From the NCBI RefSeq assembly GCF_963975345.1, contig NZ_CAXBGE010000012.1, positions 8,210-72,209 on the forward strand: a stretch of 64,000 nt of DNA. The letters run 5' to 3'. Within the stretch, counting starts at the first letter, position 1. Each line of letters starts with the position of its first letter. The notes below the pieces were generated by a model, which saw nothing but the letters and a program-made list of their open reading frames with translations, had not been told where the DNA came from and did not search any database. Shown in pieces: positions 1 through 9,795 of the stretch. This DNA is from an uncultured Maricaulis sp. (GTDB lineage Bacteria > Pseudomonadota > Alphaproteobacteria > Caulobacterales > Maricaulaceae). Both the position numbers and the translations under genes were made by a program.

Positions 1-221
1 TCACGAATTTTTTCGCGTTTGGCCGCGCCCATCGCGCGCCACTCACCGGCCCGCGCATTGACCCGCGACACCGACACCTCCATCAGCGCCGCAACCACCG
101 CCGCCGTCTTCCCGCCCTCACGCAGCAGAAGGTAGGGATACCAGTCCGGCAGATCGCGGCGCCTCTGTGGGGCCTTTTCCGTCGGTTCGTCTGGCTCGGT
201 TTTTTCGGGTTCTTGGGTCAT
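1..221 (-). CDS. partial CDS: N-terminus only, gene runs off the left edge; small hypothetical protein, possibly HTH-like
   Basis: The reverse complement from ATG (219-221) reads MTQEPEKTEPDEPTEKAPQRRRDLPDWYPYLLLREGGKTAAVVAALMEVSVSRVNARAGEW... with no stop before position 1. GC3-rich. It is absent from the ORF track because no stop lies in the window. Confidence 0.3.
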   Translation of the reverse strand, partial: MTQEPEKTEPDEPTEKAPQRRRDLPDWYPYLLLREGGKTAAVVAALMEVSVSRVNARAGEWRAMGAAKREKIR

Positions 222-419
222 GCCGAATATTAGGCGGCTGACTGTTCCGGTCGGATTGTTTGTGGGTTTGGCGGCGTTAGCGCCTGCCGGCATTGGGGAA
301 ATTATTCGCGGCGGCGTGGATAGGCGGGAGGTTATCCCCGCAATTGGGGTGGTTTCGGCGGTGGCGGGTGGGAAATGGCGACGTTTCTTGGCCAATACCC
401 CCCACAACCCACACAACAT

Positions 420-521
420 CTTCCCCCGGAGGAGCGCGTAGCGCGAATTCCGGGGTCTGCTGTGGGTGAGGGCGCGAGCTCGATTCCTCTCCGGCAGACC
501 CCGGAATGAATCCGGGGGAAG
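420..521 (+). repeat. nested-palindrome REP/MITE-like element, copy 1
   Basis: Outer stem CTTCCCCCGGA...TCCGGGGGAAG and inner stem ATTCCGGGGTCTGC...GCAGACCCCGGAAT. A 16-nt insert GGAGCGCGTAGCGCGA sits in the left arm. Confidence 0.85.
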
Positions 522-623
522 ATGTAATGATGGTTGGGCGTGCATTTTCTCCCAGTGGGGGAAATCACGCATTTCAATAAAGTTGAGCGTGAAACAAATC
601 ACAACCTGTGATACTATTCTCGC

Positions 624-953
624 ATGCAAACACCGGAAGCCGTTTACATCATGGCCAGCCGCCCGCGCGGCGCGCTCTATGTCGGGCGCAGCAAGAATCT
701 GGTCTGGCGCGTCTGGCAGCACCGCACCGGCGCCATCCCCGGCCACACCCGCCGCTACAACATCAAACAGCTGGTCTATTTCGAATACCAGGACAATTGG
801 GAAGCCGCCTGGGCGCGCGAGCATCAACTCAAGCGTTATCGTCGCGAGTGGAAATTCAATCTGATCGAAGCCGGCAATCCCGGCTGGAAAGATTTATGGT
901 TCCAGATCACCGAAGATGAAGCGATACCATTGCCGCCGCCTTATGGGGTGTGA
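624..953 (+). CDS. GIY-YIG nuclease superfamily protein (COG2827/UPF0213-like)
   Basis: 109 aa. The N-terminus has AVYIMASRPRGALYVG (GIY...YVG) followed by a conserved R, and E in REHQLK, typical of the small URI-domain family. Confidence 0.8.
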   Translation: MQTPEAVYIMASRPRGALYVGRSKNLVWRVWQHRTGAIPGHTRRYNIKQLVYFEYQDNWEAAWAREHQLKRYRREWKFNLIEAGNPGWKDLWFQITEDEAIPLPPPYGV

Positions 954-1022
954 GCGATGCGCACGATTTCGGCGTCTGAAAGCTCCCGCCTTCTCCACAA
1001 CACCTCTTCCCCAACAACACCT

Positions 1023-1124
1023 CTTCCCCCGGATTTATTCCGGGGCCTGCCAGAGGGAAATCCAGCCAGACTCCCTAACGATGGCAGACCCCGGAAGTCG
1101 CGCTGCGCGCTCCTCCGGGGGAAG
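1023..1124 (-). repeat. nested-palindrome REP/MITE-like element, copy 2 (inverted relative to copy 1)
   Basis: Same outer and inner stems as copy 1. The insert GTCGCGCTGCGCGCTCC lies in the right arm and is the reverse complement of the copy 1 insert. Confidence 0.85.
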
Positions 1125-1231
1125 ATACTGTGTGTTTTTGGGAGATAGGCGGACGTTGTTTTGGTTGGGATATGGAAACCGACGACTCAGCGCGACGCCC
1201 GCAAGAAAATCCATCCCCACCAACAACACCT

Positions 1232-1320
1232 CTTCCCCCGGACTTGTTCCGGGGCCTGCTGAGGTTCCCAGTGCAAGCTCATTTCCCCTCCGGCAGGCCC
1301 CGGAATAAATCCGGGGGAAG
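1232..1320 (+). repeat. nested-palindrome REP/MITE-like element, copy 3 (no arm insert)
   Basis: CTTCCCCCGGActtGTTCCGGGGCCTGC...GCAGGCCCCGGAATaaaTCCGGGGGAAG. The central loop is homologous to the copy 1 loop. Confidence 0.85.
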
Positions 1321-1366
1321 AGGAAACTATTTTGGAAAGGTGATGAGAGAGTGAGAAGAGCAGAAC

Positions 1367-1849
1367 CTACTCCTCCTCATCCCCCTCACCCGGCCATTCC
1401 ACAATCCGGTCTTCCCAGTCCTCCGGATCGACATCATCCTCGGAGATCACCTGGTTCCTGATCGACATGCCAGCCTTGTGGACGCTCATCGGGTCGCCGG
1501 AGACCAGGGGGTGCCAGTCATAGAGGTCCTTGCCTTCGCCGATCAGGCGGTAGGCGCAGGTTTGGGGCATCCATTCCAATTCGGTGACGTTTTTCGGGGT
1601 GAGGATGACGCAGTCGGGGACGCGGGCTTTGCGGTTGGTGTAGTCGCCGCAGCGGCAGGTGTCGGCGTTGAACAGGCGGCAGGTGACGTCGGTGTGCAGG
1701 CGCAGGCCTGAGTCTTCGTCTTCGAGCTGGATCAGGCAGCATTTGCCGCAGCCATCGCAGAGCGACTCCCATTCGGGCTTGCTCAATTGCGACAATGTTT
1801 TCGTTTTCCAGAAGGGCTGTGTCATGTCTGTCGCCTGAATTTGGCCCAT
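1367..1849 (-). CDS. ycgN: YcgN/UPF0260 family cysteine-cluster protein
   Basis: [10 protein letters not shown] motif, then CRLF...TCRCGDY and PxCxxL, characteristic of the YcgN family. The start could be the internal ATG at 1825. Confidence 0.75.
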   Translation of the reverse strand: MGQIQATDMTQPFWKTKTLSQLSKPEWESLCDGCGKCCLIQLEDEDSGLRLHTDVTCRLFNADTCRCGDYTNRKARVPDCVILTPKNVTELEWMPQTCAYRLIGEGKDLYDWHPLVSGDPMSVHKAGMSIRNQVISEDDVDPEDWEDRIVEWPGEGDEEE

Positions 1850-1917
1850 TTGTGCGGGCCTAGAGTTTGCTGCGGACCTGCGCGTTACGGCGGGTCCGGA
1901 TTTCGGGTGGCTATAGC

Positions 1918-3903
1918 ATGTTCAACGAGCCGTATCGCGCCGATCACATGATGGAGCGCCAGCAGCGACAGCGGCGCACGCTCATCATCGGTGCCAGCGT
2001 GACTGTTGTCAGCCTGCTCGGCATGCTGATCGCGGCGGCATTGGTGTGGAATTGGGCGTTTCACGACCTGCCACCGGCGCCGGGCTCGGCGGCGGAGCTG
2101 TGGTCGGTGCGGCTGGAGCCTTCGGTGACCGTGCTGGACACCCATGGCGATGTCCTCGCCGTGCGGGGGCCGCTTTATGCGCGCGCCGTGTCGCTCGATG
2201 CCTTGCCAGCTTACGTGCCGCAGGCCTTCCTGGCGATCGAGGATCAACGCTTTTACGAGCATGACGGTGTCGATTATCGCGGCGTGGTGCGAGCCCTGTC
2301 GGTCAATCTTCGCGCCGGACATTCGGTGCAGGGTGGCTCGACGATCACCATGCAGCTGGTCAAGAATCTGATCCTGACCCCGGAGCGGACCTTGCGGCGC
2401 AAGCTGCAGGAAATCCGCCTCGCCTGGTCGCTGGAAGAAAACCTCACCAAGACCGAGATCCTCGAGCTCTATCTCAACCGGATCTATCTCGGCGCCCGTG
2501 CCTTCGGCGTCGAAGCGGCGGCGCATCGCTATTTCTCCAAACCGGCGACTGATCTGACCCTGGCCGAAGCGGCGATGCTGGCGGCCTTGCCCAAGGCGCC
2601 GTCGCGGCTTGATCCGACCGTCAATCTGGTCGCCGCCCAAGCGCGCGCCGAACAGGTGCTGGCCGCGATGCTCGAGGCCGGTTTCATCACCGAGGAAGAA
2701 CGCGCCGAGGCGGTCGCCAATCCGGGCGTGCCGGTGCCGGCCAGTCTCGATCCGCAGGCCGGTGTGACCTGGGGCTATGTGTTTGATTATGCGGTGCTGG
2801 AAGCGGCCCGGCTCTTGCCCGACGATGTACCCGATCTGGTGATCCGCACCACGATCGATCCGGCGCTGACCCTGGCGGCCCGCGACGCTATTGCCGGCGT
2901 GCTCGATAGCGATGGCGCCGCGGTCAATGCCAGCGAGGCGGCGATTGTTTTGCTGGCACCGGATGGGGCGATCCGTGCCTTTGCCGGCGGGCGCGACTAT
3001 CTGGTCAGCCAGTTCAACCGCGCCATCCAGGCCCAGCGCCAGCCCGGCTCGGCCTTCAAACCGGTCGTGTTCACGGCAGCGCTCGAAGCGGGCTACGACC
3101 CCTCATCGGCGGTATGGGACGAGCCGGTCGATCTGGACGGCTGGGAGCCCGAGAATTTCTCCGGCGGCTATCGCGGTCTGGTGACGCTGCAGGAAGCACT
3201 GCGCCGCTCGATCAATACCGTCGCGGTTCAGGTCGCCGATGATGTTGGCCTGCCCCATATTGTCGAGACCGGTCACCGGCTTGGCATCGCCTCGCCGCTG
3301 CCGGAACTGCCCGCCATCGCGCTCGGGGCGGCCGAGGTCAATTTGCTGGAATTAACGGCGGTCTATTCGGTGTTTCCGCGCGATGGCCAGCGCTTCGATC
3401 CCTGGTTCATCGAGAGCATCGCCAATTCACGCGGCGAGGTCTTGTATGAGCACCCCGCCATCGCCGCGCCGCAGGTCATCACCCCGGCGATTGCGCGCTC
3501 GATGTCCACGATGCTGCAGGATGTGGTAATATCCGGCACCGGTCACCGCGCCGCCCTGGCCGGCGGCCGCCGCGCCGGTGGCAAGACCGGCACCAGCCAG
3601 TCCTTCCGCGACGCCTGGTTCATCGGTTTCACCGCCGACTACACCGCCGGCGTCTGGGTCGGCAATGATGATGACAGCCCGATGCGCAATGTCACCGGCG
3701 GCGGCCTGCCGGCGACAATCTGGCAGCACTACATGACACAGGTGCATCAAGGCATCCCGGTCCACGCGCTCAGCGCTCCGGCACCACGCGCGCGCTCGGA
3801 ACGTGAAGAGCGGCTGGCGGCGTTTTATTCCGAACTGTCGGGCGCTTTCGACGATCTGCTCGCCGACGCATCATCCGGCGGCGGCGCTTCCAGGGATCGC
3901 TGA
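1918..3903 (+). CDS. class A penicillin-binding protein (glycosyltransferase plus transpeptidase)
   Basis: GT51 motifs [24 protein letters not shown] and RKLQE. Transpeptidase motifs SAFKP (SxxK) and KTGT. N-terminal TM helix. The start is taken at ATG 1918 inside the longer ORF. Confidence 0.9.
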   Translation: MFNEPYRADHMMERQQRQRRTLIIGASVTVVSLLGMLIAAALVWNWAFHDLPPAPGSAAELWSVRLEPSVTVLDTHGDVLAVRGPLYARAVSLDALPAYVPQAFLAIEDQRFYEHDGVDYRGVVRALSVNLRAGHSVQGGSTITMQLVKNLILTPERTLRRKLQEIRLAWSLEENLTKTEILELYLNRIYLGARAFGVEAAAHRYFSKPATDLTLAEAAMLAALPKAPSRLDPTVNLVAAQARAEQVLAAMLEAGFITEEERAEAVANPGVPVPASLDPQAGVTWGYVFDYAVLEAARLLPDDVPDLVIRTTIDPALTLAARDAIAGVLDSDGAAVNASEAAIVLLAPDGAIRAFAGGRDYLVSQFNRAIQAQRQPGSAFKPVVFTAALEAGYDPSSAVWDEPVDLDGWEPENFSGGYRGLVTLQEALRRSINTVAVQVADDVGLPHIVETGHRLGIASPLPELPAIALGAAEVNLLELTAVYSVFPRDGQRFDPWFIESIANSRGEVLYEHPAIAAPQVITPAIARSMSTMLQDVVISGTGHRAALAGGRRAGGKTGTSQSFRDAWFIGFTADYTAGVWVGNDDDSPMRNVTGGGLPATIWQHYMTQVHQGIPVHALSAPAPRARSEREERLAAFYSELSGAFDDLLADASSGGGASRDR

Positions 3904-4706
3904 ACCAGCGCCGTCAGCGCCGCAATCTCACCGCGCAGGCCCGCGATCTCGCTTTGCAGCTCGACCACGTCCTCACCGACCTCAACATCACGTTGTTCGT
4001 CCGCGTCGAAGTGTTTTGACTGTAAACTGTCGACGATGATGGCGATGAAGAGGTTGAGGATGGCGAAACTGGTCAGCACGATGAAGACAAGGAAAAACGC
4101 CCAAGCCCAGGGATGGAATTCCATCACCGGCAAAGCGAGATCCGCCGCCCAGCCCTCCAGCGTCATCACCTGGAACAGCGAAAACGCGCTATCGCCCAAC
4201 GTGCCGAACCGGTCCGGATTGGTCACGGCGAACAGCTTGGTCGCCATCACGGAGGAGACGTAGAACATCAGGGCGAGCACCGCGATCACCGCGCCCATGC
4301 CGGGAATTGCGTTGAGCAGGGCTTCGACCACCTTGCGCATTTGCGGCATCACCGAGAACAGGCGGAAAGCGCGCAAAATGCGCAGCGAGCGCAAAACCGA
4401 AAAACTGCCCGCCATCGGCACGACCGAGACGAGGATCACGATCAGGTCGAACCAGTTCCAGCCGGAGGTGAAAAAACGCAAACGATAGGCGATCAGCTTC
4501 AACGCCAGCTCAATGAGGAAGATCGCGATCACGATCTGGTCGATCAGCGGCAGGATATCGGTAAACCAGGGCGGATCGAACGGCAGGGTAACGAGACCCA
4601 GCGCGAGCGCATTGATCAGGATCACCGCCATGATCGAATTGCGAAACGCCGCGCTCTCGACAAAGGCGGTCAACCGCGCCGTTATCCCGTTTTCTGTACT
4701 TGTCAT
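3825..4706 (-). CDS. bacterial voltage-gated cation channel (BacNav/NaChBac family)
   Basis: 6-TM layout. S4 has a repeating Arg pattern (VLRSLRILRAFRLF). Pore motif FQVMTLEGWA. C-terminal heptad stretch [16 protein letters not shown]. Confidence 0.85.
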   Translation of the reverse strand: MTSTENGITARLTAFVESAAFRNSIMAVILINALALGLVTLPFDPPWFTDILPLIDQIVIAIFLIELALKLIAYRLRFFTSGWNWFDLIVILVSVVPMAGSFSVLRSLRILRAFRLFSVMPQMRKVVEALLNAIPGMGAVIAVLALMFYVSSVMATKLFAVTNPDRFGTLGDSAFSLFQVMTLEGWAADLALPVMEFHPWAWAFFLVFIVLTSFAILNLFIAIIVDSLQSKHFDADEQRDVEVGEDVVELQSEIAGLRGEIAALTALVQRSLEAPPPDDASASRSSKAPDSSE

Positions 4707-5074
4707 GGGGCCCCCGTCACCGCCTGCTTCCTAACCCCAGAGAGCAGCAAGTCAACGTCGATTTGAGCCGCTTGGCGCTGCGGCTGCATCACGCCAAGCG
4801 GTGTATTACACACGAAAATACGGTCGGCGCATAAAAAATGAGCGCCGCCGATTGCGAAACCGGGCCACGTCAATCTGGTTGTCCCGGCGCACCAAAATCT
4901 CACAACTCACTCTTTTCACTGCGCTTTTATTGCCAACCCCCAGCGCAGCCGATTTTTCTGCACACGAGACCCGGCGACATCCCGCCGCAGCCCGAGCGGA
5001 AAAAAGCCCAGCTTTAGCCGGACCTTAAGGACGAGCTGCGCCCACTGGACGCTCTTGAGTAGCAGGAAATTTTT

Positions 5075-7096
5075 ATGCCCATTGAACGGTTGCATTACCC
5101 AGACCGTCGGTCCGCCAAACTTTTGACGGTGACCGGGGATATCGACCGTGAATTGGCGATCGCCTTCCGGCCCGTCGTGCGGGGATTCCTGCTGGCGATG
5201 TCATTGTATTATACGTTGCTCAGCTTGTCCTATATTGTCTTTCCACCGCACCACTATCCGTTTTGGGAACATTCCACCATGCTGGGCCTGATCGGGTCCT
5301 CAGCGGTGTCCGGCTGGATAATGTACCGGGCCAGCCGTCACACCTGCCGCAAGCTGTCGATCGAGTTGTACACCATCGCCGCCAGCGCGATCGTGCTGAC
5401 CAATATTGCCGTGCATATGTCTTTCCGTTTCCAGCCGGAAAACCTGATCTACTTCATCCTGGCGATGCCGACTTTCGCCGCCTCCTGCATCAGCATGCGG
5501 ACCATGATTCCCATCGTCGCGATCACGCTCGCAACGATGATGGGCTTCATCGCCACCTATGCTCCTGACATGCTGGTCCAGTATCTGTTCCTCGCCGTTG
5601 CGGCCGGCATCGCCGCGACCGGCATGGCAAACCTGATGCGCGGAACCGTGTTTCGCGCCGTCCAGGCCCGTATGGAGTCAGACCAACACCGGGCGAAGGC
5701 CGAGAGCTTGGCGGCCAAGGCCGAAGAGCTGACGCGCCAGACTCGCGAACTTGCCGAACGCGATCACCTGACAGGGCTGGCCAACAGATTTAGCTTTTTC
5801 AACAGTTTCGGAACCGCACTTGCCAGGCGGCGGTCGACCGATTCGGAAAGTGTGCTCGCCTTGATCGATCTGGACGGGTTCAAGCCGGTCAATGATGCCT
5901 ATGGTCATTCCGTTGGCGATCAGTTGCTGGGCGAAGTCGGTCGGCGGCTCACCGCCATTGCCCCGCGTCAGAGCATACTCGCCCGCCTCGGCGGCGATGA
6001 ATTTGCCATCCTGGTTCGCCGCAACCGCCTCACAACCAGCGTCGAGTCCTTCGGCCAGAGCCTGTGTAAAAATCTCAGCGAGCCCTACGCCATCAATGCC
6101 ATCCGGGCCAATATTACCGCCTCGATCGGGCTGGTCGTCTGCGACCGCCCCGACCTCTCGATCCGGCAATTGATGGAACGCGGCGATTTCGCCCTGACCT
6201 CGGCCAAGCAGACAACGCGCGGCGAGGCTGTCGTATTCGGCTCACACCATGAGACCGACATGCTCAGCGCCGGGCGGATCGACCAAGCCCTGCGCGCCTG
6301 CCCGCTCGAGTCCGAACTGCGGGTCGTTTTCCAGCCGCAATACGATCTGGAGCTGGGCCGCACCTACGGGTTTGAGGCGCTCGGCCGCTGGAACAGCTCG
6401 GTTCTTGGCCCGGTCAGTCCAGACTCTTTCATCAAAGCCGCCGAAGCGTCCGGACTGATCCGGAAAATCACCCAAATTCTGCTTCGCAAAACACTGGACG
6501 CCTTCAAGGCTTGGCCCGGCGAACTGAGTGTATCGTTTAACCTGTCCGGTCATGATTTAATGTCGCCGGTCGCGGTCGACGAAATTCTGGATTTGGTAAA
6601 GCGGAGCGGGATCGAGCCGGCGCGGATCGAATTCGAGATCACAGAGACGGTCATGATGACCGATATCGACCAAGCGCGCCGCTCGATCGAGCGCATTTCG
6701 GCGCTCGGCTGCAAGCTGGCGCTCGATGATTTCGGCTCCGGCCATTCCAGTTTCAGCTATCTGCACCAGCTGCCGGTCAGCAAAATCAAAATCGACCGAT
6801 CCTTTGTCACTCCCCTGCTGAAGGACGCCTCGGCGAGCAAGATCGTCAGGACAATCATCAATCTCGGTCACTCTCTCGATCTGGATTGTGTTGTTGAGGG
6901 CGTCGAAACCCAAGCCGAACTCAATCTACTCAAGGACATGCAGGCACGGTATATTCAGGGTTATATTTTCGGCAAGCCGATGGAGGCCGATCTTGTGGCG
7001 CCTTATCTGGACGCCGAAGCGCGCGGCGTGGAAAAATTCGACCCGGTCCGGCCAGCAAGCTCGACGATAGCAAAATTTCCGGCCCGCCGTCGCTGA
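5075..7096 (+). CDS. membrane-anchored GGDEF-EAL protein (c-di-GMP turnover)
   Basis: Multi-TM N-terminus and a coiled linker. GGDEF motif (RLGGDEFAIL). EAL domain (FEALGRW, EITE, DDFGSG, KIDRSF, EGVE). Confidence 0.9.
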   Translation: MPIERLHYPDRRSAKLLTVTGDIDRELAIAFRPVVRGFLLAMSLYYTLLSLSYIVFPPHHYPFWEHSTMLGLIGSSAVSGWIMYRASRHTCRKLSIELYTIAASAIVLTNIAVHMSFRFQPENLIYFILAMPTFAASCISMRTMIPIVAITLATMMGFIATYAPDMLVQYLFLAVAAGIAATGMANLMRGTVFRAVQARMESDQHRAKAESLAAKAEELTRQTRELAERDHLTGLANRFSFFNSFGTALARRRSTDSESVLALIDLDGFKPVNDAYGHSVGDQLLGEVGRRLTAIAPRQSILARLGGDEFAILVRRNRLTTSVESFGQSLCKNLSEPYAINAIRANITASIGLVVCDRPDLSIRQLMERGDFALTSAKQTTRGEAVVFGSHHETDMLSAGRIDQALRACPLESELRVVFQPQYDLELGRTYGFEALGRWNSSVLGPVSPDSFIKAAEASGLIRKITQILLRKTLDAFKAWPGELSVSFNLSGHDLMSPVAVDEILDLVKRSGIEPARIEFEITETVMMTDIDQARRSIERISALGCKLALDDFGSGHSSFSYLHQLPVSKIKIDRSFVTPLLKDASASKIVRTIINLGHSLDLDCVVEGVETQAELNLLKDMQARYIQGYIFGKPMEADLVAPYLDAEARGVEKFDPVRPASSTIAKFPARRR

Positions 7097-7169
7097 GCCG
7101 AACATCGGCACGGGTCGCGGCCCGCTGGACAGCAAGCATTTGTTAGCCCGTCGGCCGCACACTCCAGTC

Positions 7170-7556
7170 ATGCTGACCCGTCTCGCCTTCGCTGGATTTC
7201 TCGCCCTTTGCATCCCCGCCACAGCACCGGCGCAGAGCGGTGACGTCTTGACCGGCTGGACGCGCACCGGCTCGGTATATCAACGCATCAGCCTGATCCA
7301 GGGAACGCCGGCCATGTGTGCCGCGCTCTGCGATGAAGACGGCCAATGCCGGTCCTGGGCCTTCACGCCGGCCGGGCTGGACGATGTCGATAGCCGCTGC
7401 GCCCTGCTGGCCTCGACACCGACGCCCAGACCCGCCCCACAACGCGTAACTGGCCTGGCGAGCGATATCGCAACCCGGATCGAGGCCGCGGCCGAACGCC
7501 CTCCAAGCCCGCGCGAAATTACCGCGCTGCGAGCGACATTGCCCGGACCTCACTGA
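7170..7556 (+). CDS. secreted PAN/Apple-like domain protein
   Basis: Signal peptide MLTRLAFAGFLALCIPATAPAQ. Cys pattern C..LC...G.C..W.F...........C resembles PAN domains. Confidence 0.4.
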   Translation: MLTRLAFAGFLALCIPATAPAQSGDVLTGWTRTGSVYQRISLIQGTPAMCAALCDEDGQCRSWAFTPAGLDDVDSRCALLASTPTPRPAPQRVTGLASDIATRIEAAAERPPSPREITALRATLPGPH

Positions 7557-7667
7557 GTTTCACCGCCGACCCGGCGCAATTTGATCAGTCTCGGACAGGA
7601 AATTTTTACCTGCCGCTGGCATGATCGCCTCTGACCACCCGCCAACGAGACCTTGGGGAATGCCTTC

Positions 7668-8750
7668 ATGGCCGTAATCAGCAAGCTGAGCAGCCTCCTC
7701 GACCTGGCCAAGGAGCGGTCGAGCGATCGCCGGCGGACCCTGTTGCGCGAAGTCACGGACATGTTTTTCGACGAAGCTCCGGAGCGCGAAAGCGCGTTGT
7801 CGCAGGAATTCGATTGCGTTCTCAGCACCCTTGCCGAGCAAACGGCGCAGGGCGCCCGCGCCGAACTCGCCGAACGTTTCGCCGATGCCCCGCACGCACC
7901 CGCCGGCATGCTGCTCCAGCTGGCACGCGATGCGATTGAGGTCGCCGCGCCGATCCTCGCGCGCTCGACCGCGCTGAGTGAGGCCGACCTGCTATCGATT
8001 GCCGAACTGGGTGCCCAACCTCAACTCAAGGCGATCTCGCGGCGCGAACTGGTTTCCGAACGCCTGTCCGATACGATCGTGCGTCGCGGCGATGACGAGA
8101 CAATCGCGGTGCTGATCCGCAATGATGGTGCCCAGCTATCGCGCAAAACTTTCGAGACCGTCACAGAACGCGCCGAACAATCCAAAGTCCTGCGAGCCCC
8201 GATCGTCAAACGCAAGGACACGCCAGCCGATCTGCTCGGCGATCTGATGTTGACGGTCGAGAACCATTTGCGCGACCATATTCTGGAACGGTTCGAAGGC
8301 ATGGAGCCCGCCCTGGTGGAGCAGGCCCTGGCGGCCTCACACGCGCGCCTGGGCGAGCGTATAAGTCAGGACAAGGACCTTGAGGAGGCGCGAAAATACG
8401 TCCGCGCCATGGCCGTCCGCAAGTTACTCGACGGCGCTCTGCTGGCCCGCTTGCTGCGCGAACGCGCGATGACCAAGTTCCAAGTCGCCTTCGCCGAACT
8501 GACCAATGTTGACCTGGTGGCAGCACGCCGCGCCATCGAACAGGACTGCATCGACCCGCTGGCCCTGATCTGCCGCTCGGCCGGGTTCGACAAGGCCCTG
8601 TTCGTCACCCTCGCCGTTCTCCGCAGCACTGCCACCGAGGACGCGTTCCGCGACGCCAAGGATCTGGGTCTGCTCTATGACCGCATCACGGTCGAAGACG
8701 CCGCCCGCGCGATGCGCTTTTGGCGCATGCGCCGTGATGTCGCCGCCTGA
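7668..8750 (+). CDS. DUF2336 domain protein
   Basis: N-terminus LLDLAKERSSDRRRTLLREVTDMFF plus helical repeat architecture typical of alphaproteobacterial DUF2336. A paralog lies at 29103-30227. Confidence 0.6.
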   Translation: MAVISKLSSLLDLAKERSSDRRRTLLREVTDMFFDEAPERESALSQEFDCVLSTLAEQTAQGARAELAERFADAPHAPAGMLLQLARDAIEVAAPILARSTALSEADLLSIAELGAQPQLKAISRRELVSERLSDTIVRRGDDETIAVLIRNDGAQLSRKTFETVTERAEQSKVLRAPIVKRKDTPADLLGDLMLTVENHLRDHILERFEGMEPALVEQALAASHARLGERISQDKDLEEARKYVRAMAVRKLLDGALLARLLRERAMTKFQVAFAELTNVDLVAARRAIEQDCIDPLALICRSAGFDKALFVTLAVLRSTATEDAFRDAKDLGLLYDRITVEDAARAMRFWRMRRDVAA

Positions 8751-8819
8751 GAGCGGGACGCCGGCGCAGCCTGTCCCTGCAGGAGCAATTCCCGTCACGT
8801 GCTAGGCTGATGCCTTACA

Positions 8820-9782
8820 GTGAAAGGACTTGCCCGCATGACACAATCCCTCGACCGGTTTTTCGCTCTCAATGACGCCTTGCGCACCAGCACACCGCGC
8901 CCCGACCGTCAGGCTGCCGCCTTCGCGGCCGTCGTGCACGCCCATGGGTCCGGTGATGTCGGCTCGCTCGTCGCCGCGACGAAGGCGCGCCATGAGGCTT
9001 TGAAATCGGCACTGGGCGGCTTTCAGGCACCCAGCGGAGCGATGCGCTGGGTCTATGCCGCGATGCTGGCGGCCCACACTGTCGAGGTCAGCCATTTTAT
9101 GGGCGCCCGCGCAGCCTTGCGCGACGAGCGTGCGGCATCGAAGACCGGCGCTTTGCATGCCGGCGGATCGCGCGCCGCCCTTCTCCTCAGCCTCGGCGAG
9201 GCTGGCCCACAAACAGTGCGGGCTTTCTTCGAGATGAAACGGGCCTTGCGGCCACCTTGGTGGCGTTCAGACGATGCGATCACGGACACTTTCGCCGCCG
9301 CTCAGGTCCTTGCCGGCACCCGTCCTGACGCGGTCAGGGCCGCACGTGAGCACGCCGAAGCCATTTTCGCGTCCGACCGCCGCGCCCGTGACCATCGCCG
9401 CGAGGGCGCCCGGCAGTGCGTCCTGCTCGAACAGGCACCGGAAATGGTCTTGGCCCGCTTCAACGCACTTGAGGACGCTCGCCGCGCCGACCGCTATTTG
9501 CGCAGGCGCAGTGATCGCTCACTGACGATGGAATGGGCCGCCTCCGGCCGGTCTCCTGCCGATCTGGCCGAGATTGGCCAGATCGAGAAGACGATGCCGA
9601 ACCATCTGACATCGATGGGCTTTTGCCGCACCCGGCTGGCAAGCCTGATCGCTTTCGACGATTATGGCCAGGACCCTGCCCGCAGCGCCAGCGCGCTCGC
9701 CGCAGTGATCGCCGCCCAAGCCGCCATGATGGCCGCGATCGCGGCCAGTACGGTCGCAACCACCTCGGCGGTCAGCAGTTAG
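8820..9782 (+). CDS. hypothetical protein
   Basis: Long GC3-rich ORF, Ala-rich with a hydrophobic C-terminal tail. No motif recognised. GTG start at 8820 or ATG at 8838. Confidence 0.5.
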   Translation: MKGLARMTQSLDRFFALNDALRTSTPRPDRQAAAFAAVVHAHGSGDVGSLVAATKARHEALKSALGGFQAPSGAMRWVYAAMLAAHTVEVSHFMGARAALRDERAASKTGALHAGGSRAALLLSLGEAGPQTVRAFFEMKRALRPPWWRSDDAITDTFAAAQVLAGTRPDAVRAAREHAEAIFASDRRARDHRREGARQCVLLEQAPEMVLARFNALEDARRADRYLRRRSDRSLTMEWAASGRSPADLAEIGQIEKTMPNHLTSMGFCRTRLASLIAFDDYGQDPARSASALAAVIAAQAAMMAAIAASTVATTSAVSS

Positions 9783-9795
9783 GCGGGGTCCGCCG

